From Octopus sinensis (lineage: Eukaryota): a stretch of 64,000 bases of DNA. The DNA lies in the NCBI RefSeq assembly GCF_006345805.1, contig NW_021833108.1, positions 5,899 to 69,898 on the forward strand, in the 5' to 3' direction. Below the pieces are notes generated by a model that made no database searches, was not told the origin of the DNA, and was given only the letters and a program-made list of their open reading frames with translations. Below, in pieces: positions 39,915 to 52,934 of the stretch (positions are counted from its first letter, which is position 1; every line of letters starts with the position of its first letter). The position numbers were made by a program, and so were the translations under genes.

Positions 39915-40233
39915 CATTTTATCTAGTTTCAGCTCATGAGCTGTGGCCATGCTGGGTCACCGCCATTTGGTGTTGCTACATAATTTTACTTCACGAATGC
40001 TTTTTAGCAATTGACATTTGGTGCATGAGAGAGTTTGATGCAGCTGCCCTCATCTGCACCCCCTGCCGCGAAGTTGGTTCATCTGGGATACTTGATAGGA
40101 AGAGGTCTAGCTTTATTTTGAAGACACCTACATCCACCCCATGCAGATCTCTCAGGACCTTCGGCAGGATACTGAAGAGCTGTGGACCTCTGATGCCCAG
40201 TATTGCAGTATCTTGTCCTACATCTTGATGGCA
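39915..40233 (-). mobile_element. CR1-group LINE 3' end (family 1) with 3' UTR
   Basis: Minus strand reads GIRGPQLFSILPKVLRDLHGVDVGVFKIKLDLFLSSIPDEPT...RAAASNSLMHQ; 3' UTR 'ggcggtgacccagcatggccacagctcatgagctgaaactagataaaa'. Confidence 0.8.
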
Positions 40234-40487
40234 AAATATTTTGACAATTTTTATACAATTCCTAATATTTAATCATAAAAATATAAAATTTTTTAACACG
40301 GAGTACTAGTGGTGCAAAACAGGTCTCAAATGGGATCATGACCAAAAACTGGTTGGGAACCACTGCAACAAACAATTATATCCCAGAGTTTTAACGGTTA
40401 GGTTTTGGCGTCATTTTGGGTACATATATATGTACATTTCTTCCCCAATTTTACTCTCAGGTTGTCAGGTCATATTCCTCGGAGCAC

Positions 40488-41025
40488 ATTGCTCTATGTC
40501 ACGCTGGTGAGACCCATATTGGAGTACGGGATTCAAGCCTCTTCTCCTTATCTCCTCAAAGACATACAGCATCTCGAAAGAGTCCAGAAGCTGGCTACCC
40601 GCATGGTTCTTGGTCTCAAGCATTTGTCTTATGAAGAAAGGCTGAAGACGCTCGACCTTTATTCTCTAGAAAAACGACGACGCCGTGGTGATCTCATTCT
40701 CGCTCACAACATCATAAGCGGAAAGTGTAAACTCTCGAAAGAGCTGTTCTTCACTCCTGCTCCTGAGCGTGGGCTACGGGGTCACTCCGAAAAGCTTTAT
40801 CTACGACAATTTCATCTGAATCGAAGGAGAGGGGCTTTCTCCGTCCGGGTTGCGGATCCGTGGAATAAGCTGCCGGACGAGATAGTGAAGATGCCGACGA
40901 CCGCTCGGTTCAAAGTCACTCTTGACCAGTTATGTACCCTTCCTGTGCATAACTCCATGTCCCCCTACATGGCCTTGCTTTTGCTTTTTGAGCCCAAAAA
41001 TTAAATTAAATTAAATTAAATTAAA
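40488..41025 (+). mobile_element. CR1 LINE 3' fragment (family 2) with (TTAAA)n tail
   Basis: ORF 40405..41004: LYVTLVRPILEY..KDIQHLERVQKLATRMV.GLKHLSYEERLKTLDLYSLEKRRRRGDLI...RGHSEKL..FSVRVADPWNKLP. Confidence 0.92.
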
Positions 41026-41149
41026 CAGCGCATGACCGTGCAGGTGGGGCCAAGTTAGAATTTTTTTCTAGGTTGAGTAGTCCATCCCGCCCAAAAGGTC
41101 CCTGAATAAGGAATGTTTAAGGATGTTGAACGAAACACTTATGTTTCCA

Positions 41150-41359
41150 GAGGTGAATTATCCAAACCCTAAATAATTCCTCTCAACACACGGCTATGAT
41201 GCTCACCCATTACTTCCACTCGTTATCAGAGATGCACATATCGTTAGCCACTAAAGGACATGCTCAGCTGGTTAAGATCAAACAACTGACAAGAAAATTT
41301 GTGGTATTAAGTAGAATATTTGCTGTAGACCATCTTTTATACCAAGATAAAACAATGTA

Positions 41360-41360
<1 letters not shown>
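41150..41360 (+). repeat. Unclassified interspersed repeat, copy 2 (homologous to 235-412)
   Basis: See 235-412. Confidence 0.75.
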
Positions 41361-41430
<70 letters not shown>

Positions 41431-41432
41431 TT

Positions 41433-41843
41433 GTCTTTGCGCAGCTTCTAACGCTGGAGATGTACTACGGTGTCAGCTGTTCACTACTTGAGATCTAAGG
41501 TAACACCCCTTATTTTTCTAGCACCTTCCGGAGTATTCGAATGGTTCCAAGCAGTGCTGTTTTCTGCAAATGCTTCACGTCTATTGCAGCCCCTATTTGT
41601 TCCATGTACTTCTCAAGATTTTTACTCACTGTTCCCAGGGCCCCGACAATTATTGGTACTACTACCACCTTTTTCATCGACCACAACTGCTTAACATCCT
41701 AAGCTAACCTGTTATATCTACCAACCTTTCTTTCTTCCTTATCGCATACCTCGTTGTCAGCTGGGCATGCTATATCTATGATCAAGCATCGCTTGCTTTT
41801 TTCCTCAATTAACACTCTGTCTGGTTTCCTATTCTCTATCTCG
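41433..41843 (-). mobile_element. Second R4/Dong family, RLE C-terminus and 3' UTR (not shown as an ORF in the track)
   Basis: Minus strand reads EIENRKPDRVLIEEKSKRCLIIDIACPADNEVCDKEERKVGRY..*..LWSMKKVVVVPIIVGALGTV...LQKTALLGTIRILRKVLEK*; (TAA)n on both sides. Confidence 0.85.
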
Positions 41844-41852
41844 TTATTATTA

Positions 41853-41910
41853 TTCAATAGTTATATTTCTATAGCGTGCTTTCACTTCACTATCGAGCGC
41901 AGCTCTGTGT
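41853..41910 (-). mobile_element. ~58-bp 3'-terminal copy of the first Dong family
   Basis: Reverse complement 'acacagagctgcgctcgatagtgaagtgaaagcacgctatagaaatataactattgaa' matches 6471-6529. Confidence 0.85.
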
Positions 41911-41948
41911 TATTATTATTACTATTATTATTATTATTATTATTATTA

Positions 41949-41991
<43 letters not shown>

Positions 41992-42009
41992 GATTATTAT
42001 TATTATTAT

Positions 42010-42141
42010 TAGGATGAAAGGTCGACTTTGCCTTTCACCTTTTCAGGGTTGATAGATTAAATACCAGTTGCATATTGAAATCGATCTAATTAACTGGCCC
42101 CCAACCCCAAAATTTCAGGCCTTGTGCCTTTAGTAGAAAGG

Positions 42142-42203
<62 letters not shown>

Positions 42204-42400
42204 CGTCATCATCATCAAGGCAGTCAGCTGGCAGAATGCTTATCTGCATTTCGTCCGTCCATACATTCCGAGTTCAAATTCCGCCGAGGTCAATTTTGCC
42301 TTTCACCCTTTCGAGGTCGATATATTAAGTACCAGTGAAACTCTGGAGTCGATGTAATTGACTAGTCCCCTCTTCCAAACTCCAGGCATTGTGTCTATAG
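42010..42400 (+). mobile_element. Two partial SINE family B copies separated by (TTA)n
   Basis: 'ggtcgactttgcctttcaccttttcaggg' and 'gagttcaaattccgccgaggtc' cores. Confidence 0.75.
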
Positions 42401-43118
42401 TACACTTGGCGAGACATTTTTTAGGATTAACAGGATGAGGATGGGGTGATTTCGCCCTTCATGGCACTTGGTGTGGTTGATGTAGTTCATATCTGACTTG
42501 AACTTTGGTAGACTTATGTCTATACGGAAGGCATTGATTGACACGGGCTTTCAGCTGACTGAATTCTGGGAGGGATGGAATGGGATAGGTTTTTAATAGG
42601 AGAGATGATGGTGGAACTCTGAGGAATTTCGTCATACGACAATATTTACATATGTGTGTGGGCATATGTATGAACACGTGTGTGGCTTTTGCATGTTTGT
42701 GTGTGTGAGTGTATATATTTATTTATTTATTTATTTACATATTTATATATATACACATACATATATACATATAAATATAAATATATATATATATGAGTAT
42801 GTATGTATGTATATATGTATGTATATATATATGTACATATATACATACACCACACACACCACACACACACACATATATATTATATAATACTATATATATA
42901 TATCTATATAATATATTATACACGCACACATATATATGCACATACGTATTTATAAATAAATAAATTCATGTGTAATAAATAATTAAATACATAGATGTTG
43001 ATGTAGATATAGGTATATATGCACAGACATATATACGGATGTGTGTACATACATACATATATATGTGTGTGAGAGAGAGAGAGACTGGATATATGTGTGC
43101 ATATGGACTTGATATATG

Positions 43119-43157
<39 letters not shown>

Positions 43158-43342
43158 ACATTATACATCACACACACATATATATATATATACAACACTA
43201 TCATATACATATACATATAATACATACATACATACATACACTACTACATACATACATACATACATTATATATACAGACGTACATATTTGTAAATAAACAA
43301 GTAATAATATTTACGGATGTGTATATGTGCTGTGAGTGAGTG

Positions 43343-43390
<48 letters not shown>

Positions 43391-43763
43391 ATATTATATA
43401 TATATATAAAATATATATATTATGTTTATATGCATGTTTGTAAAGAGATAGAGAGAAAGAAAGAAGATAGAAGGAGAGCGAGAGAGAGAGAGGAAGAAGT
43501 TACGGTCGTTTGGTAGCATCTTTAGAGCATCCAACAAATGCTTTTCCGTCACTGTCCCAGAATTGCATGTTATAGGGTGGATCGGGGCGAGGGTCAACTT
43601 TGCGTGTCCTCCTTCTGCCGTCCAAGTCTTTAAGCGCTACTGTTCGTACCACCTAAAGGCATGTATTGTGTCCTGTAAATAGTTAATATTTATCTCTTCA
43701 CTAGAAGGAGTACATTTTTGTTGAATTGTTTATCACTCAATCCATCCATCCACCCAACCATCC

Positions 43764-43842
<79 letters not shown>

Positions 43843-43926
43843 GATCTATCTCTCTGTCTCTCTTTCTCTCTCTATTATATATATATATATATGTATGTAT
43901 GTTTGTTATGTATATGTATATATATA

Positions 43927-43967
<41 letters not shown>

Positions 43968-43970
<3 letters not shown>

Positions 43971-44154
43971 CGCAGGAGTGGCTGTGTGGTAAGTAGCTTG
44001 CAAAACCAACCACATGGTTCCGGGTTCAGTCCCACTGCGTGGCATCTTGGGCAAGTGTCTTCTGCTATAGCCGCCGGCTTGACCAATGCCTTGTGAGTGG
44101 ATTTGGTAGACGGAGACTGAAAGAAGCCTGTCTGTATATATGTGTGTGGTGTGT

Positions 44155-44217
<63 letters not shown>

Positions 44218-44385
44218 AGTGTTTGTCTGTGTTTGTCCCCCTAGCATTGCTTGAAAACCGGATGCTGGTGTTTACGTCCCCGTCACTTAGCGGTTCGGCA
44301 AAAGAGACCGATAGAATAAGTACTATGGGCTTACAAAGAATAAAGGCGGTGCTCCAGCATGTCCGCAGTCAAATGACTGAAACAT
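43968..44385 (+). mobile_element. SINE family A, full length
   Basis: Head 'ggcgcaggagtggctgtgtggtaagtagcttgc', internal (TG)n, tail 'ggcggtgctccagcatgtccgcagtcaaatgactgaaac'. Confidence 0.88.
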
Positions 44386-44389
44386 GTAT

Positions 44390-45386
44390 ATAAATATACA
44401 TACATACATATATATATATATAATGAGAGAAAGAGAGACAGAAAGATAGATTGAAACACGTAAAAGAGAGAGTAAAGAGTATATATATATTATTATATAT
44501 ATAATATATATATCTATATATATTATAGTTAAGTTAATCCAAATATGAAACATCTTTTATATCTGTCACCTGTCTGTATGTCCCTGTCCGTCTATATATC
44601 TATCCCTCCATCCACCCATCTATTCATCTATTTATCTACTATCTATCTATCTCTCTGTCTATCTATCTTCTGCCGTCCATGTCTTAAGTATTATATTATA
44701 TACATATATATAATACATATATATACATATGTATATATATATGTATATATATAGGCTATTATATATATGTTATATATATATATGTATATATATATAATAT
44801 TATATATATACATGTATAATATATATGTATATATATATATTCATATATACATAATATATATATATATACATATATATATTATATATCTATAATATATATA
44901 TATATATTATATATATATATTATATATATATATATAATATATATTATATATATATCCCTGTCACTTTGTCCCTGTCTGTCTATATATCTATCCCTCCATC
45001 ACTCCATTTATCTATCTATCTAGCTAAGCTATCTAGATGGTGTGAGGACATCGTGGAGATTGAGTTATGTTACAAAGATTCGTCCGAAATACCAAAAAAC
45101 AAAAAACCAAAAAGTTTTACAAAAGAAGCAGAGCTGGACATGGCGGTGACGGATATTTATGAGCAGCATCCAATTTTTTTTTTTTTTTAATGTCTAAAAA
45201 CATGAGAATTAACTTGAATAGTGTAAATATAGTAAACAGAATTTGGTTGTATATGTGTGTCCATGTGTAGGTGTGATGGTATGTATATTCAAGAGAAAAA
45301 TCTATACGCAAACACTCACTCTACGTGTTTGTGTGTGCATATATGGACTTATATACAAACACATATATGTTATATTATGTGATATA

Positions 45387-45471
<85 letters not shown>

Positions 45472-45524
45472 TATGTTGGTGTGTGTGTGTGTATGTATGT
45501 ATTTATGTATGTATGTTTTTATTA

Positions 45525-45580
<56 letters not shown>

Positions 45581-45688
45581 TGAGAGAGAGAGGGGAAGAG
45601 AGATATTGATGCACCATAAACAGACATGTACAAGAATATATCTATATATAGACAAGTTACGCAGAACATAAAATATAGATGGTATATA

Positions 45689-45726
<38 letters not shown>

Positions 45727-45981
45727 TATATATATATATTATATATATATATATTATATATATGTATGTATGTATATATATAATACACACATAAATAAAT
45801 ATATATATATTTTCTATGCCTATATATATGTGCTCTATATATATGTGTCTATGTATAATATAATACACGTGGAGCATAAAAATATATAGAATATATACGC
45901 ATACATAAATATATATATATGTATATATATATGGCGTGTGTGTGCATAATATTATATATATATAATATGTATATACGTATG

Positions 45982-46028
<47 letters not shown>

Positions 46029-46029
46029 A

Positions 46030-46072
<43 letters not shown>

Positions 46073-46130
46073 TACATGTCGGTATGTCTGTGTGTGTGCG
46101 CGCGCACGTGTGTGTGAGTGTAAATATGTA
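44390..46130. repeat. Extensive (TA)n/(TATG)n microsatellite region
   Basis: Direct inspection. Confidence 0.9.
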
Positions 46131-46918
46131 TGTATGTCTGTCTGGTTACGTATGTATACAACACTAACATCATTGAGTATGGTTGATGTTGATGCTGTTG
46201 TTGTTCTCGTTACTGGTGGTGGTGGCGGTGGCGGCGGCGGTGCTGGTGAGACGGGATGGGTGCCTGTGATAATGTGAAAACGAAGAAAACATTAGGGGTA
46301 ACCTTATGGGGTGGATGTGTATATACTGGGCAAAGTCTGGGGTAGATACGTTCAGTGTGATGGATATCTGCGATAAAGAAGGTTAGACGGGATGGTGGTG
46401 ATGGTTGTGGTGGTGGTGGGTGGTTGTTGTTGGTGGGGTGGGGTGGGTGGTCGTGGTGGCGTGCACTTGAGTGAAGGGGTTTGTTGTTCCCAAATCGTGG
46501 CAGACGGCGCGGTATGTGTATATGCCTATGTGTGGGGTGGGCTCTTTGTCTATGTATGGGTTGGGTACTATGCATGGGGTTGGGTGCAATGGGGGTGGCG
46601 GTGAGTACTACGTCTGCGTGGGGGTCGATGGTGGGGGTCGAGGGGGTGGGGGTCGAGGGGCCGGGGTGAGCGGTGGGGCGAGTACTATGTCTGGGTGGAG
46701 TGGGGGTGGAGTGGGGTAGGGTGGGGGAGAGTACTCTGTCTGGAAATCTGTTGCTTGTTTCAATGTCTGTGGTATTGGCTTGATGTTGTTGTGTTGTTGT
46801 TGTTGTGTTGTTGTATATGTTTGCATTTTTGCTTTTTTTTATTTGGTTGCCACGGCGGAGTCGGTGGTAATGATGATGATGGTGGTGGTGGTGGTGGTGG
46901 TGATCGTCGTCATCGTCG

Positions 46919-46968
<50 letters not shown>

Positions 46969-47387
46969 ATGATGGTGTGGTCCTAGTGATGGCATGCTGG
47001 CGATCGTGGTGTTGGTGTTGTTGTTGGTATTGGTGATGATTGTGGTGATGCTGGTAGTAGTAATGGTGGTGGTGGTAGTGGTGGTAGTGGTGGTGGTGGT
47101 GGTGGTGGTGGTGGTGGTGGTGGTGGTGGTGGTGGTGGTGGTGGTGGTGGTATACGTGATGCTTGTATAAGCTGATTATTATCACATTGTTATTGTTTTT
47201 AGCTACTGAGGGCCGCTAAAGAAGGAATAGTTTCGGGTCGTTAGATTAAAGTCGCTGATAATGTTGCTGCTGCTGCTGTAATCGTCGCTGTATAAGGACA
47301 GCAGTGGGTGGGTGGTTGTCTTTCATTTTGACCAGCCACCCACGCTACGTCAGCTCACCAACAAACCACACACTCATACACACACAA

Positions 47388-47459
<72 letters not shown>

Positions 47460-47514
47460 AATCCCATATCTCAGACAGACAGCAATGGTTGTGATGGCTA
47501 GAGACCACATAGAG

Positions 47515-47707
47515 CATTGGTTCTCAATCGTGGTTACCAAGGACGCACGAAGCCCTCAAGTATCCTTCTCTCGGCCCTCGGCGGCCCTCCCTCAATAAAC
47601 ATAATATATTTTTCTTTAAATGACATGTTATATTTTTTGGGTGTAACCCCTAAAAGAAATCCTGGTCTTAGATCTGGTCCGGATATTAAAATGGTTAGGA
47701 ATCGCTG
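47515..47707. mobile_element. hAT-like MITE with a degenerate 8-bp TSD
   Basis: Termini 'cattggttctcaatc' and 'ggttaggaatcgctg' (hAT consensus CAGTGGTTCTCAAC); flanks acatagag / ccatagtg. A lone similar end 'ggttgggaaccactg' lies at about 40350-40365. Confidence 0.6.
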
Positions 47708-47934
47708 CCATAGTGAGCACACCAGTTTATCCTATTGTATAGGTTGTAGTATTGTAGTTGTAATGAAAGCGTATTGTGCAGTGTCTAGCGTTTTGCGATA
47801 TTCTTTAGACGTTGTATAAGATAAAGTATTACGTGGTGTTGTATTGAGGAAAAGCTGTGTAGAGTATAGTGCTGTGTAGTGTGGTCTTAAGGAAATGTAT
47901 CGGGTGTAGTGTAATGTGGTGTGATCATGTGAAG

Positions 47935-48104
47935 ATGCACGGGCATGGTGTGTAGTAAGAAGTTTACTTCCCAACCACATGGTTCCGAGTTCAGCCCCAC
48001 TGGGTGGCACCGTGGGCAAATGTATTCTACTATAGCCTCGGGCCGGCCAAAGCCTTGTGAGTGGATTTCGTAGATGGAAACTGAAAGACCGTTTTATATA
48101 TATT

Positions 48105-48148
<44 letters not shown>

Positions 48149-48372
48149 GGTGGATTTTTGTCTGCGTTTGTCCCCCACCACAATTAGACAACCGGTGTTG
48201 TGTTTACGTCCCCATAACTTAGCAGTTCAGCTAAAGAGAGACCGATAGAAGAAGTACCAGGCTTTAAAAAGATAAGTACGGGGTCGATTCGTTCGACTAA
48301 AATTTTCTTTGAGGCGGTACGGTGCCCCAGCATGGCCGCAGTCTAATGACAGAAACAAATAAAAGATAAAAG
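47935..48372 (+). mobile_element. SINE family A, full length, diverged
   Basis: Head, internal (TA)n, and tail 'cggtgccccagcatggccgcagtctaatgacagaaac'. Confidence 0.85.
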
Positions 48373-49339
48373 ACGTTCTGTGGGATATAGTTTGGTGTGG
48401 GGTTGTCTTGACGGTATGCCACATGGCGCATACTGCGATGTGGTCTAAAGGACCTGCTGCGTATGATGATTCTGTAAATGAACTCCAAGCCAGCAGACAG
48501 ATCCATGTTCAATGGATTTCTAACCAATCCCAGGTAAATTTCTTTTCAGAAATTGTGTATCTAAGACTACATTATTCAATGTGTCCTTAATTGTAAGATA
48601 GCAGGCTGCAGTTTGGGGTGTATTTGGTTGCGTAGTAGATTAAAGATGACGCCTGGATGTTTGTTCATCAATGTCGTGGTGTCGTGGTGTCGTGGTGTCG
48701 TGGTGTCGTGATGTTGGATATGTATTGTGTAATTGAAGACCATCATCGTGTGGTCTGGTTGACTGCCTGTGTAATAAACAAAGCAACCCACGAACTTTTA
48801 ACCATTAACGTATTTATTGTTGGGCATGATTTACTGCATTGGCTGTTTACAAATGAAAGATGCTGATAATTTAACCGCCGGCAGAGAGGAGAGAACCGCA
48901 CTGCGTCTTGTAAAAAGGTTAGCTGTGGCACATCATTTTTTGTAGAGATGGTCTGTTCGAGTCCCTGTGGTAGTCAAGCCTTAGTGGTCTGCCTTCTGTG
49001 GTCTGCCTGAATGCTGGAGACAGTCTGAATCAGCGGTCTGCTGAGACCGTCTGGCTGCTTTAGGTGCCAAACGGTTTCTAAAGGGGGTGACTTTTAGATC
49101 ATCCGAGGAGCCATGTTACGCCGCACTTTCGTACAGATTGGTCGATTTATAGGTCAATCGTAAGAAACTGCGGTGGCTCATCCGTAATCCCTTGCGGCTG
49201 GGGTTCGAATTCCTACAAACACGTTGACTAGTGGCAGTGTTGTTAAGATGGTGGTGTTACAGTGGTCTGGAGTGGTGACGATGTAGGATTTGCTGTGATT
49301 TTTAGTATAATATTGTTAGTGTTGGAGTATTAACGAGGT

Positions 49340-49718
49340 GTGGAGGCGCAATGGCCCAGTGGTTAGGGCAGCAGACTCTCGGTCGTAGGATTGCGGTTTC
49401 GACCGGGCGTTGTGGGTGTTTATTGAGCGAAAACACCTAAAAGTTCCACGAGGCTCCGGCAGGGGATGGTGGTGATCCCTGCTGTACTCTTTCACCACAA
49501 CTTTCTCTCACTCTTACTTCCTGTTTCTGCTGTACCTGTATTTCAAAGGGCCGACCTTGTCACTCTCTGTGTCACGCTGAATATCCCCGAGAACTACGTT
49601 AAGGGTACATGTGTCTGTGGAGTGCTCAGCCACTTACACGTTAATTTCACGAGCAGGCTGTTCCGTTGATTCGGATCAACCGGAACCCTCGTCGTCGTAA
49701 CCGACGGAGTGCTTCCAC
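49340..49718 (+). mobile_element. SINE family C with tail type 1, full length, 11-bp TSD
   Basis: TSD attaacgaggt at 49329-49339 and 49719-49729; near-identical to 21338. Confidence 0.9.
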
Positions 49719-49949
49719 ATTAACGAGGTATTTGTTCTTGGCTGTTGGTGTTAATGCTGTGATGCTGCAGTGTTGTTGGTGATACATTTTGGAGTGTTGT
49801 AGATGCGGTTGTTGAACTGAGTGGGAGAGATAATGTTGTTAAGATGGTGTTGTAGTGTTGTGGTATGTTACCTATGTGTCTGGAAAGATTGAGAGAGATA
49901 GTGTTATTAGGATGGTACTGTAGAATTGAATGGCTGATTGAGAGAAAAG

Positions 49950-50635
49950 TTGGTTTCAAATTTTAGCACAAAACTAGCAGTTTCGAGGAAACGGGTAAGT
50001 CAGTTACATCGACCCCAGTGATCAAATGGTACTTATTTTATCGACACCAAAAGGATGAAAAGAAAAACTCGATCCTGGCGGTATTCGAACTCAAAACATG
50101 AAGTCAGACGAACTGCCACTAAGCATTTTTCCGGCGCGGTAACGATTCTGTCATGCTCACCTCCTTGAATGAGCGAAACATTGGCATTAGGCGGCGAGCA
50201 GGCAGAAACGTAAGCACGCCGGGCGAAATGCTAGCCGTATTTCGTCTGCCGTTACGTTCTGAGTTCAAATTCCGGCGAGATCGACTTTGCCTTTCATCTT
50301 TTCGGGGTCCATAAATTAAGTACTAGTTACGCACTGGGGTCGATGTAGTCGACTTAATCCCTTTGTCTGTCCTTGTTTGTCCCCTCTATGTTTATCCCCT
50401 TGTGGGCAATAAAGAAATAAGAAACGTTAGCACGCCGGGCGAAATGCATAGCGGTATTTCGTCTGTCTTTACGGTCTGAGTTCAAATTCCACCGAGGTCG
50501 ACTTTGCCTTTCATCCTTCCGATAAATTAAGTACCACTTACGCACTGGGGTCGATGTAGTCATCTTAATCCCTTTGTCTGTCCTTGTTTGTCCCCTCTAT
50601 GTTTATCCCCTTGTGGACAATAAAGAAATAAGAAA
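49950..50635. mobile_element. SINE family B copies (49950-50165 -, 50189-50635 + dimer with Tx1-like tails)
   Basis: Cores, and tails 'tttgtcccctctatgtttatccccttgtgggcaataaagaaata'. Confidence 0.85.
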
Positions 50636-51439
50636 TATTAGTATTAGGATATGCCGAAGTAATGTTCAGGCAGGACTATGTCCTAAGAATAACATTTTAA
50701 AACTATGATGTAGTTGTGCTTTGGGTAGCCACAGATATGTGACGATTGAGAGGAAGAGATGGGGTCTTTTCTAAGCGGTCTCTTTTGCTAAACCGCTAAT
50801 TTACGGGGACATAAACAAACACCAAAACCGGCTGTCAAGTGGTGATGGGGAGGGGACAAACAAACACAAACACACACACACATATACACATACACAAGTC
50901 ACATAAACACAAGCACACACGCACACAGATACTACCACACACACACAACACATACACACACACATTGACCATTTTCCCACTCTCCTGCCTTCAAAACTAC
51001 TTTTTCCATCTCTCTCCACTTCCGGTCGCTTCAGCCATGTAACCACACACGTGCTTTTCTTGGGCTATTGTTTTCTTTCCCTCCGCACCTTTCCACTTTC
51101 CTCTATCTGAAGAAGAGCCATGCTCGAAACGTTACACACCTCTCTTTTTTTAGCAATACAATCATTATGTACGTCCTTTTGACTTTGGTTGTTTTCGTGT
51201 TTTAATTCATTTTCGATTTACCTATGTGTATGTATGTATACACATACACACACACACACATGTATATTTATATACATATATATGTACGTATATGTATATA
51301 TATACATACATATATATGTATGTATGCATATATATATACATATATATGTATATCTTTATATGTATATATATGAATGTATATGTATTTTCATATGTGTATT
51401 TATATACATGTATGTATATATATATATATATTACTCTTA

Positions 51440-51825
51440 CTCTTTTACTCTTTTACTTGTTTCAGTTTGATGTGGCCATACTGTAACACCGCCTTTAGTC
51501 GAGCAAATCGACCCCAGGACTTATTCTCTGTAAGCCTAGTACTTATTCTGTCGGTCTCTTTTGTCGAACCGCTAAGTTACGGGGACGTAAACACACCCGC
51601 ATCAGCTGTCAAGCAATGTTGGGGGAACAAAAACAGACACAAACATACACACACACATTTATATATATACGACAGGCTTCATTCAGTTTCCGTCTACCAA
51701 ATCCACTCACAAGGCTTTGGTCGGCCCGAGGCTATAGTAGAAGTTATTTGCCCAAGGTGTCACGAAGTGGGACTAAATCCGGAACCATGTGGTTGGTAAG
51801 CGAACTACTTACCACATACGCCTAT
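51440..51825 (-). mobile_element. SINE family A, full length
   Basis: Reverse complement of head and tail with a short internal (CA/TA). Confidence 0.85.
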
Positions 51826-51922
51826 ATATTAAAGTGACAACTAAGGAAAGAAATTCCTTCAAAGGGCTATGTAAAAACATTCAATTCACTGGCACGTCAG
51901 TTGAATACCACAGAAATAGGAG

Positions 51923-52890
51923 TATAAACAATAAATTTAATAGAGCTATTCAATTGACAATCTGATAATTTATTTATACTATAATATAACATAATATACT
52001 ATGAATATAATATAATATAAGATAGCATTAAAAAAATTACTAAAAAACCAAAAAAGTCAACAATTCGTTTCGACTTTATACATTATTTGACTTGTAAACA
52101 ATTCATATTCATTTATATAAGTCTCTTCAGAGCTGTGGTTCAAAACACGAAGGAAATTCTATGTGAAAGGACGGCTAGATTGCAAAAAAATTCCTTCAAA
52201 TGCCTATGTTTAAGGAACGTGTGTGTTAAATTTTCAACCATATAACAGTTACAATTAAAATAACAAAATTATAACGGACAAAATAATTAAGTAAATAGAA
52301 TCTACAACTATCGAAATATATTGCTATATATCTCAAACAATATTAATCCAAATTTGTTTAGGCCGATGACAATCTTTGGTTATTTTAATAACATACAATA
52401 ACAATATATAAGTATATGAATGAATTAAGTATCAGGGTCTTACTTAATCTAGAGACTGTATTAAAACGTGTAAATATACATAAATGATAATATATTATCA
52501 TACTGGTAATATATAACAACTCTTCTCTTTTATTTAAAGTTATTTAATATAAAAACTGTTTAGAGTAACGAACAAAAGATATGTTCTTTATTTACCTAGT
52601 CTATCGGAGGGAGAATTCCGTAAAAAATATGAACAGAAACTTAGAGCTACGATAACTACAACCTATATTACACCAAAGATATAGAGTTAAGCTATAATAA
52701 TGGATATCAAAATATTACTAGTTTTTCAGAAGTAACCAAATTTGAAGTTACTTAAATGAGGATTATTATTTTTTGGTTTTTTTAAATAATTGTTAATGTT
52801 ATATTATATTATGTTCATAGTATATTATGTTATATTATAAATAAATTAGTAGATTGTCAATTGATTTTATCCATTTGATTTATTGTTTAT
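51923..52890 (-). mobile_element. AT-rich element with ~130-bp imperfect inverted termini and a hammerhead motif (52057-52135, - strand) just inside one arm
   Basis: 51923-52056 approximates the reverse complement of 52768-52890; minus strand CTGAAGA-GACTTATA...TATAAAGTC-GAAAC-GAATT-GTT. Confidence 0.65.
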
Positions 52891-52899
52891 ATATATATA

Positions 52900-52934
<35 letters not shown>

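Noticed and set aside
44560-45020. Local ~60-bp duplication (44563 and 44958)
   Set aside because: Lies among microsatellites; likely slippage or assembly redundancy
47203-47244. LLRAAKEG ankyrin-like peptide after a good acceptor
   Set aside because: Stop after 13 codons and no supporting repeat or convincing donor
48410-48450. GMPHGAYCDVV resembling an alpha-amylase C-terminal motif
   Set aside because: Immediately followed by a stop; no splice sites or further similarity
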